Below, piece after piece: positions 1 through 11,900 of a DNA stretch of 64,000 nucleotides (position 1 is the first letter of the stretch; each line of letters opens with the position of its first letter). The stretch lies in the NCBI GenBank assembly GCA_963677895.2, contig CAXXGJ010000017.1, forward strand, positions 1 through 64,000, written 5' to 3'. Source of the stretch: Treponemataceae bacterium. GTDB taxonomy: Bacteria; Spirochaetota; Spirochaetia; Treponematales; Rectinemataceae. The position numbers and the translations under genes were made by a program. Under the pieces are notes generated by a model. That model was not told where the DNA came from, ran no database searches, and saw nothing but the letters and a program-made list of their open reading frames with translations.

Positions 1-211
1 TCGACGCGCCGATTCGAGCCTTGGCCGCCGACAATGTCCTCAGGTCGGCTTCGGCGTCGAGGGCGAGCATGGATCGCTGGAGCGAACGGAAAGATTCGAC
101 CTTCCGGGAACACTCGCGGCAGCCGGCCATATGAATCTCCATCCGCTCTTTCCATGGGGAGGGAATCTCACCGTCCACGAAGGCGGACAGTAGCGCATCA
201 TCTGGACACAT
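1..211 (-). CDS. Zinc-binding anti-sigma factor (zf-HC2/ZAS), 3'-truncated by window edge
   Basis: Not in ORF track; read by hand from ATG at 211: MCPDDALLSAFVDGEIPSPWKERMEIHMAGCRECS, with HxxxCxxC motif; overlaps the end of the ECF sigma gene. Confidence 0.85.
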   Translation of the reverse strand, partial: MCPDDALLSAFVDGEIPSPWKERMEIHMAGCRECSRKVESFRSLQRSMLALDAEADLRTLSAAKARIGAS

Positions 212-794
212 TGCCATCCTCCCGATTCATCCGCGCGAGAAGGGCTTCCCTGGCGCGGAAAGCGCGCACTTTTACGTTGCCTTCGCTGATTCCAAGCACT
301 TTGCCGATCTCTTTGTAATTCATACCGCCATATTCCTTGAGAATGAGCACCATTCTCAGTTTTTCGGGAAGCGTGGAGAGAAGCTGCTTGATCGTGTCGG
401 ACGATTCCTGCCGCAGCACTTCCTCTTCGACGGAAGGCTGGATTCCCGCTTCGGCGCCCGTCTCCTTGATGGAGAAGGAACCAGCCTCCGAATCCTCGAT
501 GGGCGAAGCTTCGCTGCGCCACCACTTTTCGTATGCCCGGGTTTCCCTGCCCTTCCGCTTCGCGTAGTTGATCGCGCCGTTCTTCACGACCCTGATGAGC
601 CAGTATTTGGCGTCATTCCGCGTCGGAAAGATCATCTTCTTCTCGACAAGCTTGCCGAATGCGTCATGGACGACATCTTCGGCCGCTTCGGCGGAATTGG
701 TGATCCTGAACGCGATCCTGAGCAGCATGTCGGAGTTCGATTCATAGATCGCGCGAAAATCGAGTTCGTTGTGCTGCGTACCAGAAGATAACAA
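198..794 (-). CDS. ECF sigma-70 factor (sigma24/RpoE-like)
   Basis: AEDVVHDAF and WLIRVVKN region 2; LSTLPEKLRMVLILKEYGGMNYKEIG...VKVRAFRAR region 4; followed by ZAS anti-sigma. Confidence 0.9.
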   Translation of the reverse strand: MLSSGTQHNELDFRAIYESNSDMLLRIAFRITNSAEAAEDVVHDAFGKLVEKKMIFPTRNDAKYWLIRVVKNGAINYAKRKGRETRAYEKWWRSEASPIEDSEAGSFSIKETGAEAGIQPSVEEEVLRQESSDTIKQLLSTLPEKLRMVLILKEYGGMNYKEIGKVLGISEGNVKVRAFRAREALLARMNREDGNVSR

Positions 795-824
795 TGTACT
801 TTCCTTATTGTTACGGGGATGGCG

Positions 825-2255
825 TCAGAGCTTCTTCCACGTCGTGCCGCTGGGGCCGTCTTCGAGCGCGACTCCCATTTCCTTCAATGTTGCCCTTATC
901 GCGTCGGCCGCGGCCCAATTTTTCGTCTTCTTGGCGCTTGCCCTCTCCACAATCAGCCCTTCTATGCGGGCGACGGTGTCGGCATCGACCGAAGCCTCGG
1001 CCCGGCGCGCCGCGCCGAGGCCAAGCCCCAGGACTTTATCCATGTCCAGGGCGGCCGCGAGAGCCTCCGCGGGGGGAATCTGCGGGTCGCGCGCCAGCTG
1101 CCACAGTTCGGCGAGGGCACGCGGCGCGGAGAGGTCGTCGGCCAAGGCTTCGTCAAAGCGCGCGAGCCTCTCTTTGGCCGAGGAACCCAGCTCTGAAATA
1201 TTCGCCGCGGCTTTATCGCCTGCTTTCTCGCGCAGCTCTAGCGCTTTTTCGACGAGAGCCTTCCTGGAGGCTTTGGACTGTTCCATGGCTTCCCAGGAGA
1301 AGGTAAGTTGGCTGCGGTAATGTCCTCCGAGGCAGAAATAGCGATAGTCGAGCGGATCGACGCCGGCCTCGATGAGGCTCTGCAGGGTGATGAACCCGCC
1401 CTTCGACTTGGACATCTTGCCCTTGTCCAGGATGAGGAATTCGGCATGAAGCCAGTAATTCACCCAGGTCTTGCCCGTGGCCGCCTCGGACTGGGCTATT
1501 TCGTTCGTATGGTGGACGGGCACGTGGTCGATGCCGCCGGCGTGGATATCGAAAGTCTCGCCGAGGTATTTCATGCTCATCGCCGAGCATTCGATATGCC
1601 AGCCGGGATAGCCCTTGCCCCAGGGGCTGTCCCATATGAGCGCCTGGTTTTCGAACTTGGATTTCGTGAACCAGAGCACGAAATCGTGCGGATTTTTCTT
1701 GTTTTCATCCACTTCGATCCGCGCGCCCGCCTTGAGATCGTCCATCCGCAGGTTAGCCAGATCTCCATAGGTCGGGAATTTCGTCACGTCGAAATAGAGA
1801 TTGCCGCCCGCCATATAGGTATAGCCGTTCGCCTCGATGCGCCGGATGAGGGCGATCATCTCCTGGACATGCTCGGTGGCCTTGCAGACCACGGTCGGAC
1901 GCTCTATGCCGAGGCGTCCTGTATCGGCGAAAAAGGCGTCCGTGTAGAACTTGGCTATTTGGAGCACGCTTTCGCCCCGCTCCTTCGCGGTTTTCACCAT
2001 CTTATCCTCGCCGGTGTCGTCGTCGCCGGAAAGGTGACCGACATCGGTGACGTTCATCACATGCTTCACTTCGTAACCGAAGCGGCGCAGGGTCTTCACG
2101 AGAATATCCTCGAAAACATAGGTGCGGAGGTTGCCGATGTGGGCGTAATTGTAGACGGTGGGTCCGCAGCCGTAAAAGCCGACTTTGCCCGGCTGGAGCG
2201 ACTTGAATTCCTGCAACGAACGACCCTTGGTATTGAAAAGCCTTAACACGGGCAT
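825..2255 (-). CDS. cysS: Cysteine--tRNA ligase
   Basis: [25 protein letters not shown] motifs. Confidence 0.98.
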   Translation of the reverse strand: MPVLRLFNTKGRSLQEFKSLQPGKVGFYGCGPTVYNYAHIGNLRTYVFEDILVKTLRRFGYEVKHVMNVTDVGHLSGDDDTGEDKMVKTAKERGESVLQIAKFYTDAFFADTGRLGIERPTVVCKATEHVQEMIALIRRIEANGYTYMAGGNLYFDVTKFPTYGDLANLRMDDLKAGARIEVDENKKNPHDFVLWFTKSKFENQALIWDSPWGKGYPGWHIECSAMSMKYLGETFDIHAGGIDHVPVHHTNEIAQSEAATGKTWVNYWLHAEFLILDKGKMSKSKGGFITLQSLIEAGVDPLDYRYFCLGGHYRSQLTFSWEAMEQSKASRKALVEKALELREKAGDKAAANISELGSSAKERLARFDEALADDLSAPRALAELWQLARDPQIPPAEALAAALDMDKVLGLGLGAARRAEASVDADTVARIEGLIVERASAKKTKNWAAADAIRATLKEMGVALEDGPSGTTWKKL

Positions 2256-2317
2256 CGGTTATCCTCCAGCGGCGGGCTTGCAATTTGGCCGCACAATCAC
2301 CACTATTGATGGCGACC

Positions 2318-3253
2318 ATGAAAAACCTATGGCAAATCGCCCAAAAAATCAATATAGAACCGGGAAGAATCCATTTTTCCGAACCTATGGCCTCCCATAC
2401 AACCTTCAGGATCGGCGGACCGGCTGATATTTTCATAACAATATCCTCGTCCGCCGAACTCGGCCGCGCTGTCGCCTATCTGGCGGAAGAGAACATTCCC
2501 TGCTTCGTTCTCGGCGGCGGCGCCAACATCCTCGTGGGAGACAAGGGCATCCGCGGCGCCGTGCTCGACCTTTCGGCATTGTCCTGGGCGCGGTCCGAGG
2601 GAGCTTCGCTCATGGCCGGAGCCGGCATCAGCGTGGATACGCTCTGCGAAGACGCCCTCGCCCTGGAACTCGAAGGCCTGGAAAATTTCTACGGCATGCC
2701 CGGAAGCCTGGGCGGAGCCGTCTACATGAACGCACGCTGCTATGAAAAAGATTTTTCCGAGACGATAAAGGAAATAACTATCGTTTCCCCCGACGGCGAA
2801 ATAAAAACCGCGCATCCCGCCGCTGACCAATGGGCATATAAAAAATCCCCTTTCCAGCCCGGCGGAGCCTGGGCGGGATGGATCGTCGCCGGAGCGACCT
2901 TCGCCCTGCGCGACGGGAAGGCGGAAAGCATCGCGGGAATCATGCGCTCGAGAAAACTGGACAGAATCAGCAAGGGACACTACCGCCTTCCTTCCGCCGG
3001 CTCCGTCTTCAAGAACAACAGGAATTTCGGGAAGCCGACGGGAGCCATCCTCGACGATCTGGGGATAAAAGGGATGCGCATCGGCGGGGCGGCCGTTTCC
3101 TCCTGGCACGCCAACATCTTCGTCAACGCGGGAGAAGCCTCCGCGGGCGACATGAGGGCTCTCATCGAAAAAGCCCAGGCGCTGACCTTTGCCGCCTATG
3201 GTTTCGAACTGGAGCCGGAAGTGCTCTTTATTGGAGAATTCCAGGGCCGGTAG
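2318..3253 (+). CDS. murB: UDP-N-acetylenolpyruvoylglucosamine reductase
   Basis: HTTFRIGGPAD, GGGANIL, PGSLGGAVYMNA, SAGSVFKN, HANIFVN, LEPEV; start could be 2309. Confidence 0.95.
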   Translation: MKNLWQIAQKINIEPGRIHFSEPMASHTTFRIGGPADIFITISSSAELGRAVAYLAEENIPCFVLGGGANILVGDKGIRGAVLDLSALSWARSEGASLMAGAGISVDTLCEDALALELEGLENFYGMPGSLGGAVYMNARCYEKDFSETIKEITIVSPDGEIKTAHPAADQWAYKKSPFQPGGAWAGWIVAGATFALRDGKAESIAGIMRSRKLDRISKGHYRLPSAGSVFKNNRNFGKPTGAILDDLGIKGMRIGGAAVSSWHANIFVNAGEASAGDMRALIEKAQALTFAAYGFELEPEVLFIGEFQGR

Positions 3254-3267
3254 GGGCAGATAACGCC

Positions 3268-3296
3268 TTGCGTTAGCCCGTTATGCCATTTACACT
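3268..3296 (+). promoter_or_regulatory. Putative sigma70 promoter, near-leaderless
   Basis: TTGCGT-N17-TACACT ending 8 nt before ATG 3305; no SD. Confidence 0.5.
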
Positions 3297-3304
3297 AAAA
3301 CTAT

Positions 3305-5818
3305 ATGAATTCGATGAATGAACCAGCGGGCATTTTTGCCTTGATCATGGCTATAGCAGTCATCGCTCCCTATCTCTCGGATTTCCTCGGGGTACCGGTT
3401 GTCGCCTCCATGACCCTCATAGGCATACTTATAGGCCCCCAGGTCCTTGGAATCCTCGAACCCAACATACTCATCCAGTTCATCGGATCGCTCGGGATGA
3501 TCTATGTGTTTTTCGCCGCCGGCACCGAGGTCAATCTCGGCATATTGAGGAAACGCACAAAATCGGTCCTGATTTTCGGCGCTCTCACCTTCATCATACC
3601 TTTCCTTTTCGGCATCGCCTTCGGTCTCTTCCTCTTCGGTCAAAAGCCCCTCTCGGCGATCCTCCTCGGGGCGTTTTTCGCCTCCTCCGGCTCCCTGATA
3701 ATCCAGCCGATGCTTAGGAGCGACCTCCTGAACAGGGAATCGGCCGAAGTGGGACGCGGCGGAGCCAGTCTTTCGAGGATCATGGTGGCGATCGTCGTAT
3801 TTCTCTCCGGCATCGTATTCCCCGAGAGCGGACTGCTGCCCGGCTTTAAAACCATCGGCATATGGGCCGCATACTTCGCCGGGCTCTATTTCTTCCTGCC
3901 TCGCTTCGCTTCCTTTGTCATTCGTAAAACCAGGATACAAGGGAGCATTGATGCCGTCTTCATTCTCTTTCTCCTTTTCGCGAGCGCGGCGCTCGGGATT
4001 TATGTCGGGGTGCCGGGCTATATCGGCGCTTTCTATGCCGGCATCCTCATCGCCCCCGCTTTTTCCTCGTCCAAGTCTATATCGTCGCGGATAGATCTGA
4101 TCGGCGATTCGCTTTTTCTGCCCTTCCTCCTCATCTTCATCGGCGTCTCGGCCGATTTTTCACAGATCCCCTCGCTTCCGATAGCTGTAGCGCTCATCGC
4201 CGGATCGGCGGTCTTCGGCCTGGGCTCGAAATTCCTCGCGGCTTCAGTCGCCGGAAAGATCCTGGGCTATTCGGCTGCCGACAAGGGGCTCCTCTTCGGT
4301 TTTTCCTCCACCTTCGCCGCTTTTTCCCTGGCGATCGCCCTGGTAGCGGGCAACTCGGGCCTTTTCGATCACCCGCTGGTCAATGGAGCGATCATCCTCG
4401 TCATCGTTTCGAGCATCGCGGCTTCGCTCGCCGCCCGCAATTCCGGTTCATCGATTCTTCTCAAGAAATCCCAAGTGCCGGATCGCCCATCGCGGGACGG
4501 CGAACGCATCATGGTCGCCCTTTCCAAGCCGGGGACGGCGCACTATCTCATGGACCTGGGCATAGCGCTGCACGGACGGGACTCCCTCTCCCCGCTTTTT
4601 CCCCTGGCCGTAATCTCCGAAACTGAAACCGACGGAGAATCCCGCCAACATGCGGAAACCATGCTCGCCGCCGCGATAATGCAGGGAGTCTCGGCCCAAA
4701 TTTCCGTCATTCCCGTCTCCCGCGTCGAAGTGAACATCGCCCAAGGCATACTCAGCAGCGCCGAAGAACAGAACGCCGACACCATAATCATCGGATGGAA
4801 CAAACCTCCCAGGCTCTCCAACGCGTTCTTCGGATCCATCATCGACCAGGTGGTCAACGGGGGCAAACAGATGGTCCTGGTGGCGCGAGCGGTGACGCCC
4901 TTCGCCGCCTCGCACACGGTGGCCATCATCCCTTCCCTCTGCGATCGGCATGCGGGATTCGCGCGCGCCGCCCTCGTGCTCGGCGCGCTCTCCAAGAAAA
5001 ATCAGGCTAAGCTGCATATCGTCACCTTGAGCGGTCAGGGCGCCAAGCTGGCCGGCGCATTAAAGGAAGCGGGGTATCCGGCGCAGATACAGACCATCGA
5101 GGTGGAGTCCTGGAAGGAAATAGGAAAGGCCATCAAGCTATTGCCGGCCATGCCCAAGCTTTTCGTCCTGTTGAGCGCCAGACCTTCCGAACCGTCCTGG
5201 CATCCTGCCATCGAAAGGCTGCCGCACCGAATAGGCGAAGAATTCCCCGACTCGAACCTTCTCATGATCTATCTGGCCGATCCGACCGCGACATCGGAAG
5301 GCGAATCCAGCGAATTCAAGAGAGGCCGGTTATCCGTCGGAACCAGCGAGATTCCCGTCGTCATTCCGGCCAAGCCGAGTCCCGCGTCGCAAATTCTCAA
5401 GGATGCGGTGGCGCGGGGGAATATCCGCGTCGATATGAAACACACGGCCATAGCCGACGGCATTTTCGAACTCGTCTCCTCCGCCTTTCCTTTCGACAGA
5501 AAACAGTCGAGCAGGCTGGGAACGAGGCTGACTGAAATCGTTCAACGTCAGCCGATAGAGATCGAACCAGGCGTCGTGCTCATCCATGACCGCGTCGAGA
5601 ACATCAGCGCGCCCATCGTCTGCATAGGATCCCATCGAAAGGGATTCCGGATATCCCTGCTCGAAAAACCCGTGAGAATCATCATCGTGATTTTCGTGCC
5701 CGAACTGGAAAGCCCCGAGGATCATCTCGCCTTCCTGGGCGAAATCGCGCATCTTTTCAGGGAGAAGGATCTTTCCCGACGCCTGATCGAAGCGGATTCG
5801 CCGGAAGATATTCTATAA
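3305..5818 (+). CDS. CPA2-like cation:proton antiporter fused to USP-like domain(s) and a C-terminal PTS EIIA type-2 domain
   Basis: About 380 aa hydrophobic N-terminus (GILIGPQVLG, GAFYAG, FLLIFIGV); USP-like DTIIIGW...FFGSIIDQVV; C-terminal PGVVLIH...IIVIFVP...HLAFLGEIA. Confidence 0.75.
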   Translation: MNSMNEPAGIFALIMAIAVIAPYLSDFLGVPVVASMTLIGILIGPQVLGILEPNILIQFIGSLGMIYVFFAAGTEVNLGILRKRTKSVLIFGALTFIIPFLFGIAFGLFLFGQKPLSAILLGAFFASSGSLIIQPMLRSDLLNRESAEVGRGGASLSRIMVAIVVFLSGIVFPESGLLPGFKTIGIWAAYFAGLYFFLPRFASFVIRKTRIQGSIDAVFILFLLFASAALGIYVGVPGYIGAFYAGILIAPAFSSSKSISSRIDLIGDSLFLPFLLIFIGVSADFSQIPSLPIAVALIAGSAVFGLGSKFLAASVAGKILGYSAADKGLLFGFSSTFAAFSLAIALVAGNSGLFDHPLVNGAIILVIVSSIAASLAARNSGSSILLKKSQVPDRPSRDGERIMVALSKPGTAHYLMDLGIALHGRDSLSPLFPLAVISETETDGESRQHAETMLAAAIMQGVSAQISVIPVSRVEVNIAQGILSSAEEQNADTIIIGWNKPPRLSNAFFGSIIDQVVNGGKQMVLVARAVTPFAASHTVAIIPSLCDRHAGFARAALVLGALSKKNQAKLHIVTLSGQGAKLAGALKEAGYPAQIQTIEVESWKEIGKAIKLLPAMPKLFVLLSARPSEPSWHPAIERLPHRIGEEFPDSNLLMIYLADPTATSEGESSEFKRGRLSVGTSEIPVVIPAKPSPASQILKDAVARGNIRVDMKHTAIADGIFELVSSAFPFDRKQSSRLGTRLTEIVQRQPIEIEPGVVLIHDRVENISAPIVCIGSHRKGFRISLLEKPVRIIIVIFVPELESPEDHLAFLGEIAHLFREKDLSRRLIEADSPEDIL

Positions 5819-5854
5819 CGTCCCGAACCCGGGGAAACCGGATCAAAATAAAAA

Positions 5855-5896
5855 ACCTCCCGTAAGGAAAAGCATCGCTTCTTCCTTACGGGAGGT
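5855..5896. terminator. Inverted repeat between convergent genes, probable intrinsic terminator
   Basis: ACCTCCCGTAAGGAA (5855-5869) / TTCCTTACGGGAGGT (5882-5896); the A-run on the left gives a U tail on the minus strand. Confidence 0.75.
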
Positions 5897-5949
5897 AAGT
5901 TGAGGGTTATGGCTTTACCCCACACCCTCCGCCGGCTTGGATCCGCCGC

Positions 5950-8900
5950 TTATTGATTCTTGATCAGGACGAACTCCACGCGTCTGTTCTTCCATCGATT
6001 CTCCACATCGGAGAAGCTCACCACCGGTCTGCGCGATCCCAATCCCTCGACGCTCAGCCTTCGCGCGTCCACTCCGTTCTGAACGAGCATGCTGCGCACC
6101 AGCTCCGCTCTGCCCGTGGACAGCGGGATGAGCTCCTTGGTTTCTTCGCTGTCGATTCTCGACTGCGAATAGCCAAGCATTTTGCCCACGTTGTTGGCGT
6201 GACCTTCGGTGAGGATCCTGTAGTCGGGGAACTTGTTCAGGATCTGGGCAACCCTCGCGATAACCTTCTCGTTGTTGGCGATGATATCCGGGGACAGCCC
6301 GACGAAATCCGCGTAATTGGCCCTGAACACTATCGAGGGAATCTTTATCTTGAGCTTGTCGCCGTCGCGGATCACGAGCACGTCCACGGCTATCACGCCT
6401 GACACTGTCGTGGTGTTGCCCAGCGCGTCGCGGGCCACGAACTTGAACGGATAATCGCTGGCGGCCTCTACCAGTTCGCCGCGCGGCGACTTGCCGTCCC
6501 AGACAATCTTGGCGGGAGGTTTCCCCTTCCCGTTCCATTCCGTGAAGAGCCGTTCCGAACTTACGGCATTGGGATTGCTCGACTCGACGATGGCGGTCTC
6601 GAAGACCTCAAGCTTCCAGTCGACGATTCCGGCCGCGCCGTCGACATCGATGCCGAAGGTCAGGCGATCGCCGGCTCCATCTCCGTCCGGGCTGAAATAT
6701 TCTGGATCGACGCTGATAGTGACCGAGGGCGGGTCGACATCGACGAGCACCGGAGCGCTCGAAGCCTGGGCCACGTCTCCCTTGGAATAGTTGACCACCA
6801 GCTTGCCTATGTAATCGCCCTGGACGACCTGTCCCTGCAAGTCGCGTCCATCCCACACGAGGCGCGCCGGCACTTCCGAACCGGAGCCGCCGAAGAAGCT
6901 CTTTTCCTCACCCTTCTTGTCGATAAGGGCAAAGCGCCACGACTCGATGCCTTCCCTTTGCTCGACGACTATCGTGAAGGAGACCTCATCGCGTATGCCG
7001 TCGCCGTTGGGCGACATACCTGTGTCGGAAGTAGTCACGTAAACCTTGGGTTTCGTTCCATCGACCCTAATGCCGGCAATCTTCGCCGAAGCAGCGTTGC
7101 CCGCCAGATCGGTGGCTCCCACTTCGTAGCCGTAAACGCCATCGCGCACCACGGCGCCGGAAGCGTTCTTGCCGTCCCATATGAAGCTCTTCGCCTCCGA
7201 TTTCCAGGACCAGGTCCTGACGATGGCGCCGGAAGCATCCCTGATGCGGCCGGTCCAGTCATCGCCCACGGAAGAGTTCTGGGTGAATGCCACCGTATCC
7301 TTGTTGCCGTCGCCGTTGGGCGAGAAGAGAAGCGGAGCGGCCGAAGCCGATATGGTCGGTCCCACCGTATCCACGAGGATGGCGGGGCTCGACAGCGAGA
7401 ACGCGTCGTCGTTGTTGTACAGAAGCCTCAGGGCTACCTGATACTTGCCGTCCGGCACCAGGATGCCGGAGTCGGTCCTGCCGTCCCAGGCGTACTGATC
7501 CTTCATGTCCGCGGAACCTCTCCAGGCCTTGACAGGATTCGCCTGGCGGTTTCCGGCCGCGTCTAGGGCATGAACCGCTATCTCATATTCCCTGATAGTC
7601 TGGGGTTTCGGCGCCTGAATATTCATGTACAGCACGTCTTTAACATTGTCGCCATTCGGACTGAAAGCCTTCTGGTCGACATCGAAGCGCACCGTTTTTT
7701 TGGCCGCGTCCACTTCGATGGGAAGCCGCTGCGAGACAAAGCTGTTTTCGGCCTGATCTATCGAGCGGAGTTCATAATAGTACATGCCATCGGGGACGGT
7801 GGCTCCCGTCTGGTTTTTGCCGTCCCAAACGATGGAATCGAGTTGCTTGTCCCATGACCAATAGCGGACGATCTTCTCGCCTGAAGAGATTATCTGCCCC
7901 TGCCAGGTATCGCCGGGAACCGACTCCTGCGCGATATCGACGCTGTCCGATCTTCCGTCGCCGTTCGGCGAGAAGATGTTGGCGGACAGGCGCAGCGTAG
8001 CCTGAGGCGCGATCCTGTCGACGACGAAGGGACCAACCTCGCTGGCCAGATTGTCGTCATTCCTATAGAGAACGGTGAGGCGGGCGCGATAATTGCCGTC
8101 GGGGGCAGGCAATCCGGAATCCGTCACTCCGTCCCAGAGGTACTGGCTCCTGAAATCGGAGGAACCTCTCCAGCTCTTCACGGGCAGATTGGATGCGCCC
8201 GAGCCTTCCTGCATTATAAGAAGTTCATAGCTCTTGATTCTTTCCGGATATTGGGCGCTGGCTCCAAAGAGTATGCTGTCCTTCTTGCCGTCGCCGTTGG
8301 GGCTGAAGGCAAGCGTATTGGCGTCCAGTCTCACCGCCTTCTTCTCCGATTCGACGGTGATGGTGATGCCGGGGCTCACCGTCCTGTTGCCGGCGTTATC
8401 CACCGACTCAGCTACATATCGGTATTTGCCGTCGCGCACGACAGTGCCGGTCTCGTCCTTGCCGTTCCAGGAGAAACTCCGTACCTCGTCCTGCCACGAA
8501 TAGCTCTTCACCACCTTCCCGTCGGCCGCCACGATGCTGCCGACCCAATTGTCGCCCGCGAGCGAGTTCTGCGTGAACTCGACGCTGTCGGACCTGGAGT
8601 CGTTGTTGGGGGAGATGATCTCAGGGGTCGCGCTCACGTTGATTCTCGGCATTATCCTGTCGAGAAGAATGGTCGGCGCTGAAGCCTCGATTTCATCGCC
8701 GTTGAGATAATTCACGGTGATGCTCGCGGCATATCGGCCATCGGGAGCCTGGACTCCGGAGTCGGTTTCGCCCTTCCAGGTCACGCTCTGAGGCGCGGAG
8801 CCGCCCTTCCATACTCTCACCGCGTTCATGGCCATAGGGCCATCCTGGGCGACGATTCGCAGTTCATAGCTCTTCACGCGTTCGGGAGCTTGGACAAAGA

Positions 8901-11900
8901 CAGTCATGCCGAGATCATCGCGGAAACCGTCGCCGTTGGGGCTGAAGCTCCGCTGCTCAATGCTCAAGCGAACCGCTTTCTTTTCCGTTTCCACGCTGAC
9001 GGGGATCTTGCCGGAAGAATAACTGTTGCCGCCCGCGTCTGAAGAAACAAGTTCATAGTGGTAATTGCCGTCGGGAACGATGCTTCCGGTGCTGTCTTTT
9101 CCGTCCCAGACGAGAGTTTCGAGCTTTTCGTTCCACGACCAGCTGTTGATGACCTCTCCCTTGCCAGTGCTCACCGTTCCCTTGAAGAGATCGCCCGATG
9201 TGCCTTCCTGCGAGAAGGTGATCGTATCGAGGACACCGTCGCCATTGGGGGAGAACAGCCTCACGGAAGCGTTCACGCTTGCGCGCGGGGGGATCCTGTC
9301 CACGGAGAATGGACCGACTTTGGTCTCGGCCTTGTCGCCATTGGGATAGGCAACGTTGAGATACGCGACATACGCGCCGTCGGGAGCCGCGATTCCAGAA
9401 TCGGAGAGACCATTCCATTCAAAGCTCTGGGGAAGGACAAGTCCTCCCTGCCACGACTTCACGGCCTTCCTGCCGGATGACGGTTCCGCCCCCGCCTCGG
9501 CCTGAGCGATCCACAGATTCCAGCCGGTCAGTTTTGTGCCTGACGTCGCGTCGGAACTTAAGGTCAGAGTATCCTTTACCCCGTCGCCATTCGGGCTGAA
9601 ACAGAGGCTGTCGGCCGCCAGTTTGAGATCCTTCTTCAGAGTATCCACTTCCAGGGAAATTTCGCGCGAAGCGAAACTGTTTCCCGCCTTATCCTGGGCT
9701 TCTACGACATATTTATAGGCACCGTCGGGAACGACCAGTCCGGAATCTCCCTTGCCGTCCCAGGTCAAGGAGGGCAGTTCGCCGGCGAAGGTCCACTTCT
9801 TTACTGAATTTCCCTTGGCGTCCAGCACCTTGGCTGTCCACAGATCTTCCTTCGTTCCGGATTGCTCTATCGCGATCTTGGTCTGTTCCGGATTTCCCGC
9901 CGGATTGAAGGAAACCTTATCGGCCTTCACCTGAGCCTTAGGATAGGTCCTGTCGAGGAGTATCTCCGGGCTTCCGATTTTCGCCACGAATCCGTTTATG
10001 TAGACCAGCTCCAGCTCTGCCTTGTATCGGCCTTCGGCAAGCGCCTTGCCCTCTTTATCCTTGCCTTCGAAGACATACGTATCGGCCAGGACATCGCCAG
10101 CTTCGCTGCCGAAAGATATTCCCGCCCTGCCTGCTTGCCCGAGGCTCGCTATCGCGAATTTCCAGGAGACAAGTCCGTCTTTCGTCTCGATTTCCGGGGT
10201 CAGCGTCACATTTTCGGCGATTCCGTCATTGTTGGGGCTGAAGGCCTCGCGATTCAGATTGATCGCGACGGCTGGTTTCTTCGTATCCACGCGCACGCGG
10301 CTGGAGGTCGTGGCAAAGCTGTTGCCCGCCTTGTCCATAGCGAAGACATAGACTTCATACTCGCCATCGGGCACGATCCCGCCCTTGTCGTCGCGCCCGT
10401 TCCATTCGAGAGCCTCAGGCAGGACCTGCGGATAGTGTCTGACTACTTTCTCGCTTTTCTGGGCGTCGCGGATGACGAGGTTCCAGGTTTCTTCCTCCGA
10501 GCTCTGGAACGAGAAGATATATTTATCCCTGCTGTCGTCGCCGTCCGGACTGAAAACGGTATTCTCGTCGGCGAGCGCTATCGATGCCGAAGGCGGCGTT
10601 CTGTCCATATAGAAGGGCGCGGAAAGCTTCTGCGGCGCATATCCGTTCGCGTAACGCAGTTCGACGCCTGCCTCGAACTGGCCATCGGCGAGGGCTTCTC
10701 CCTTGGAAGACAGTCCGGAGAAGAGATAGGATTGTTCGGGACGAGTATCGGCGCCGCCTTGAACCGTCCAGACTTCCTTTCTTTCCGGGTCGAGGACAAA
10801 GACTTTCCACGATTCAAGACCCTTGAATGATTCAATGGAGGTCGTGATATGGAGCGAATCGCGGATGCCGTCGCTGTTCGGGCTCATCACCGATTCGTCC
10901 GTCGCGATAGTCACCGCTGGCCTCGTCGTATCGATCGTAATATTCCGAACTTCGCTGACAGCCTTGTTGCCCGCCTCATCCTCGGCCGAAAGCTTGAGAC
11001 TGTAGGTGCCGTCGGGGGCGCGTTTGCCGTCGGCCGCGGTGCCGTCCCAGGTAAAATCGCCCGGGGCGCTGTCATTGTATTCATAAGCCCTTATAACCTT
11101 GCCCGAAGCATCGGCTATATCGATAGTCCAGGTTTTTTCCGGGGATCCGGCATTCCTGAAGGCAAGATTATCCTTGCTTCCATCCCCGTCGGGGCTGAAC
11201 AGCATCGATGGCTCGAGCGGCCAGACATTGGCCACCGGCTTTTTGGCGTCCACGACAACCGTTATGCAGCTCTGGTAGTCGAGATTGTAGTTGCCATTGT
11301 CATCCCAAGAGACGAGACTCACCGTGTACGCGTCATCGAGAACCTTCATTCCCAGATCGTCGCGGCCGTCCCAAACGATGGACTGGGGGACATCGACATT
11401 TTTTTTCGTGTAGACGAGAGCGTCCCCGAGCACCCCGATTCCACTTACCGTTTCCACCCTGTCATTGGACATGCCAAGAGTCTTGATGATCTTGCCCGAG
11501 GATTTGTCCTCCACGGTCATCTTCCACCCGGCGATATAGCGCTCATCGGAAATTTTTACGGGAATCTCCAGGGTATCCTGTTTGCCGTCGCCGTCGGGGG
11601 AGATATATGCGGTGCCGCGGAACGGAACGGGCAGCTCGGCTTCGATCACGGGAGCCGTCTTGTCCTTTATCCCGAAGCTCAGGTTAAAGCCCGCCCCTAT
11701 CGCGTAGAGGGAATCGTAGAGAGGAGCGATGGCCGCGGAGGTACTGACGGAAGCGTCCTTATGAGACCGTTTCCCGAGGGTAAAACCCTTCCCGAGCGGA
11801 ATCGTTCCGGAAATGCCGAGCGAAGGCAGGAAACTTCTGCCCGAACCGGCAATCGTATCGCGCATGCCGATGGACCAGCCGAGACGCAGCGAAACATATT

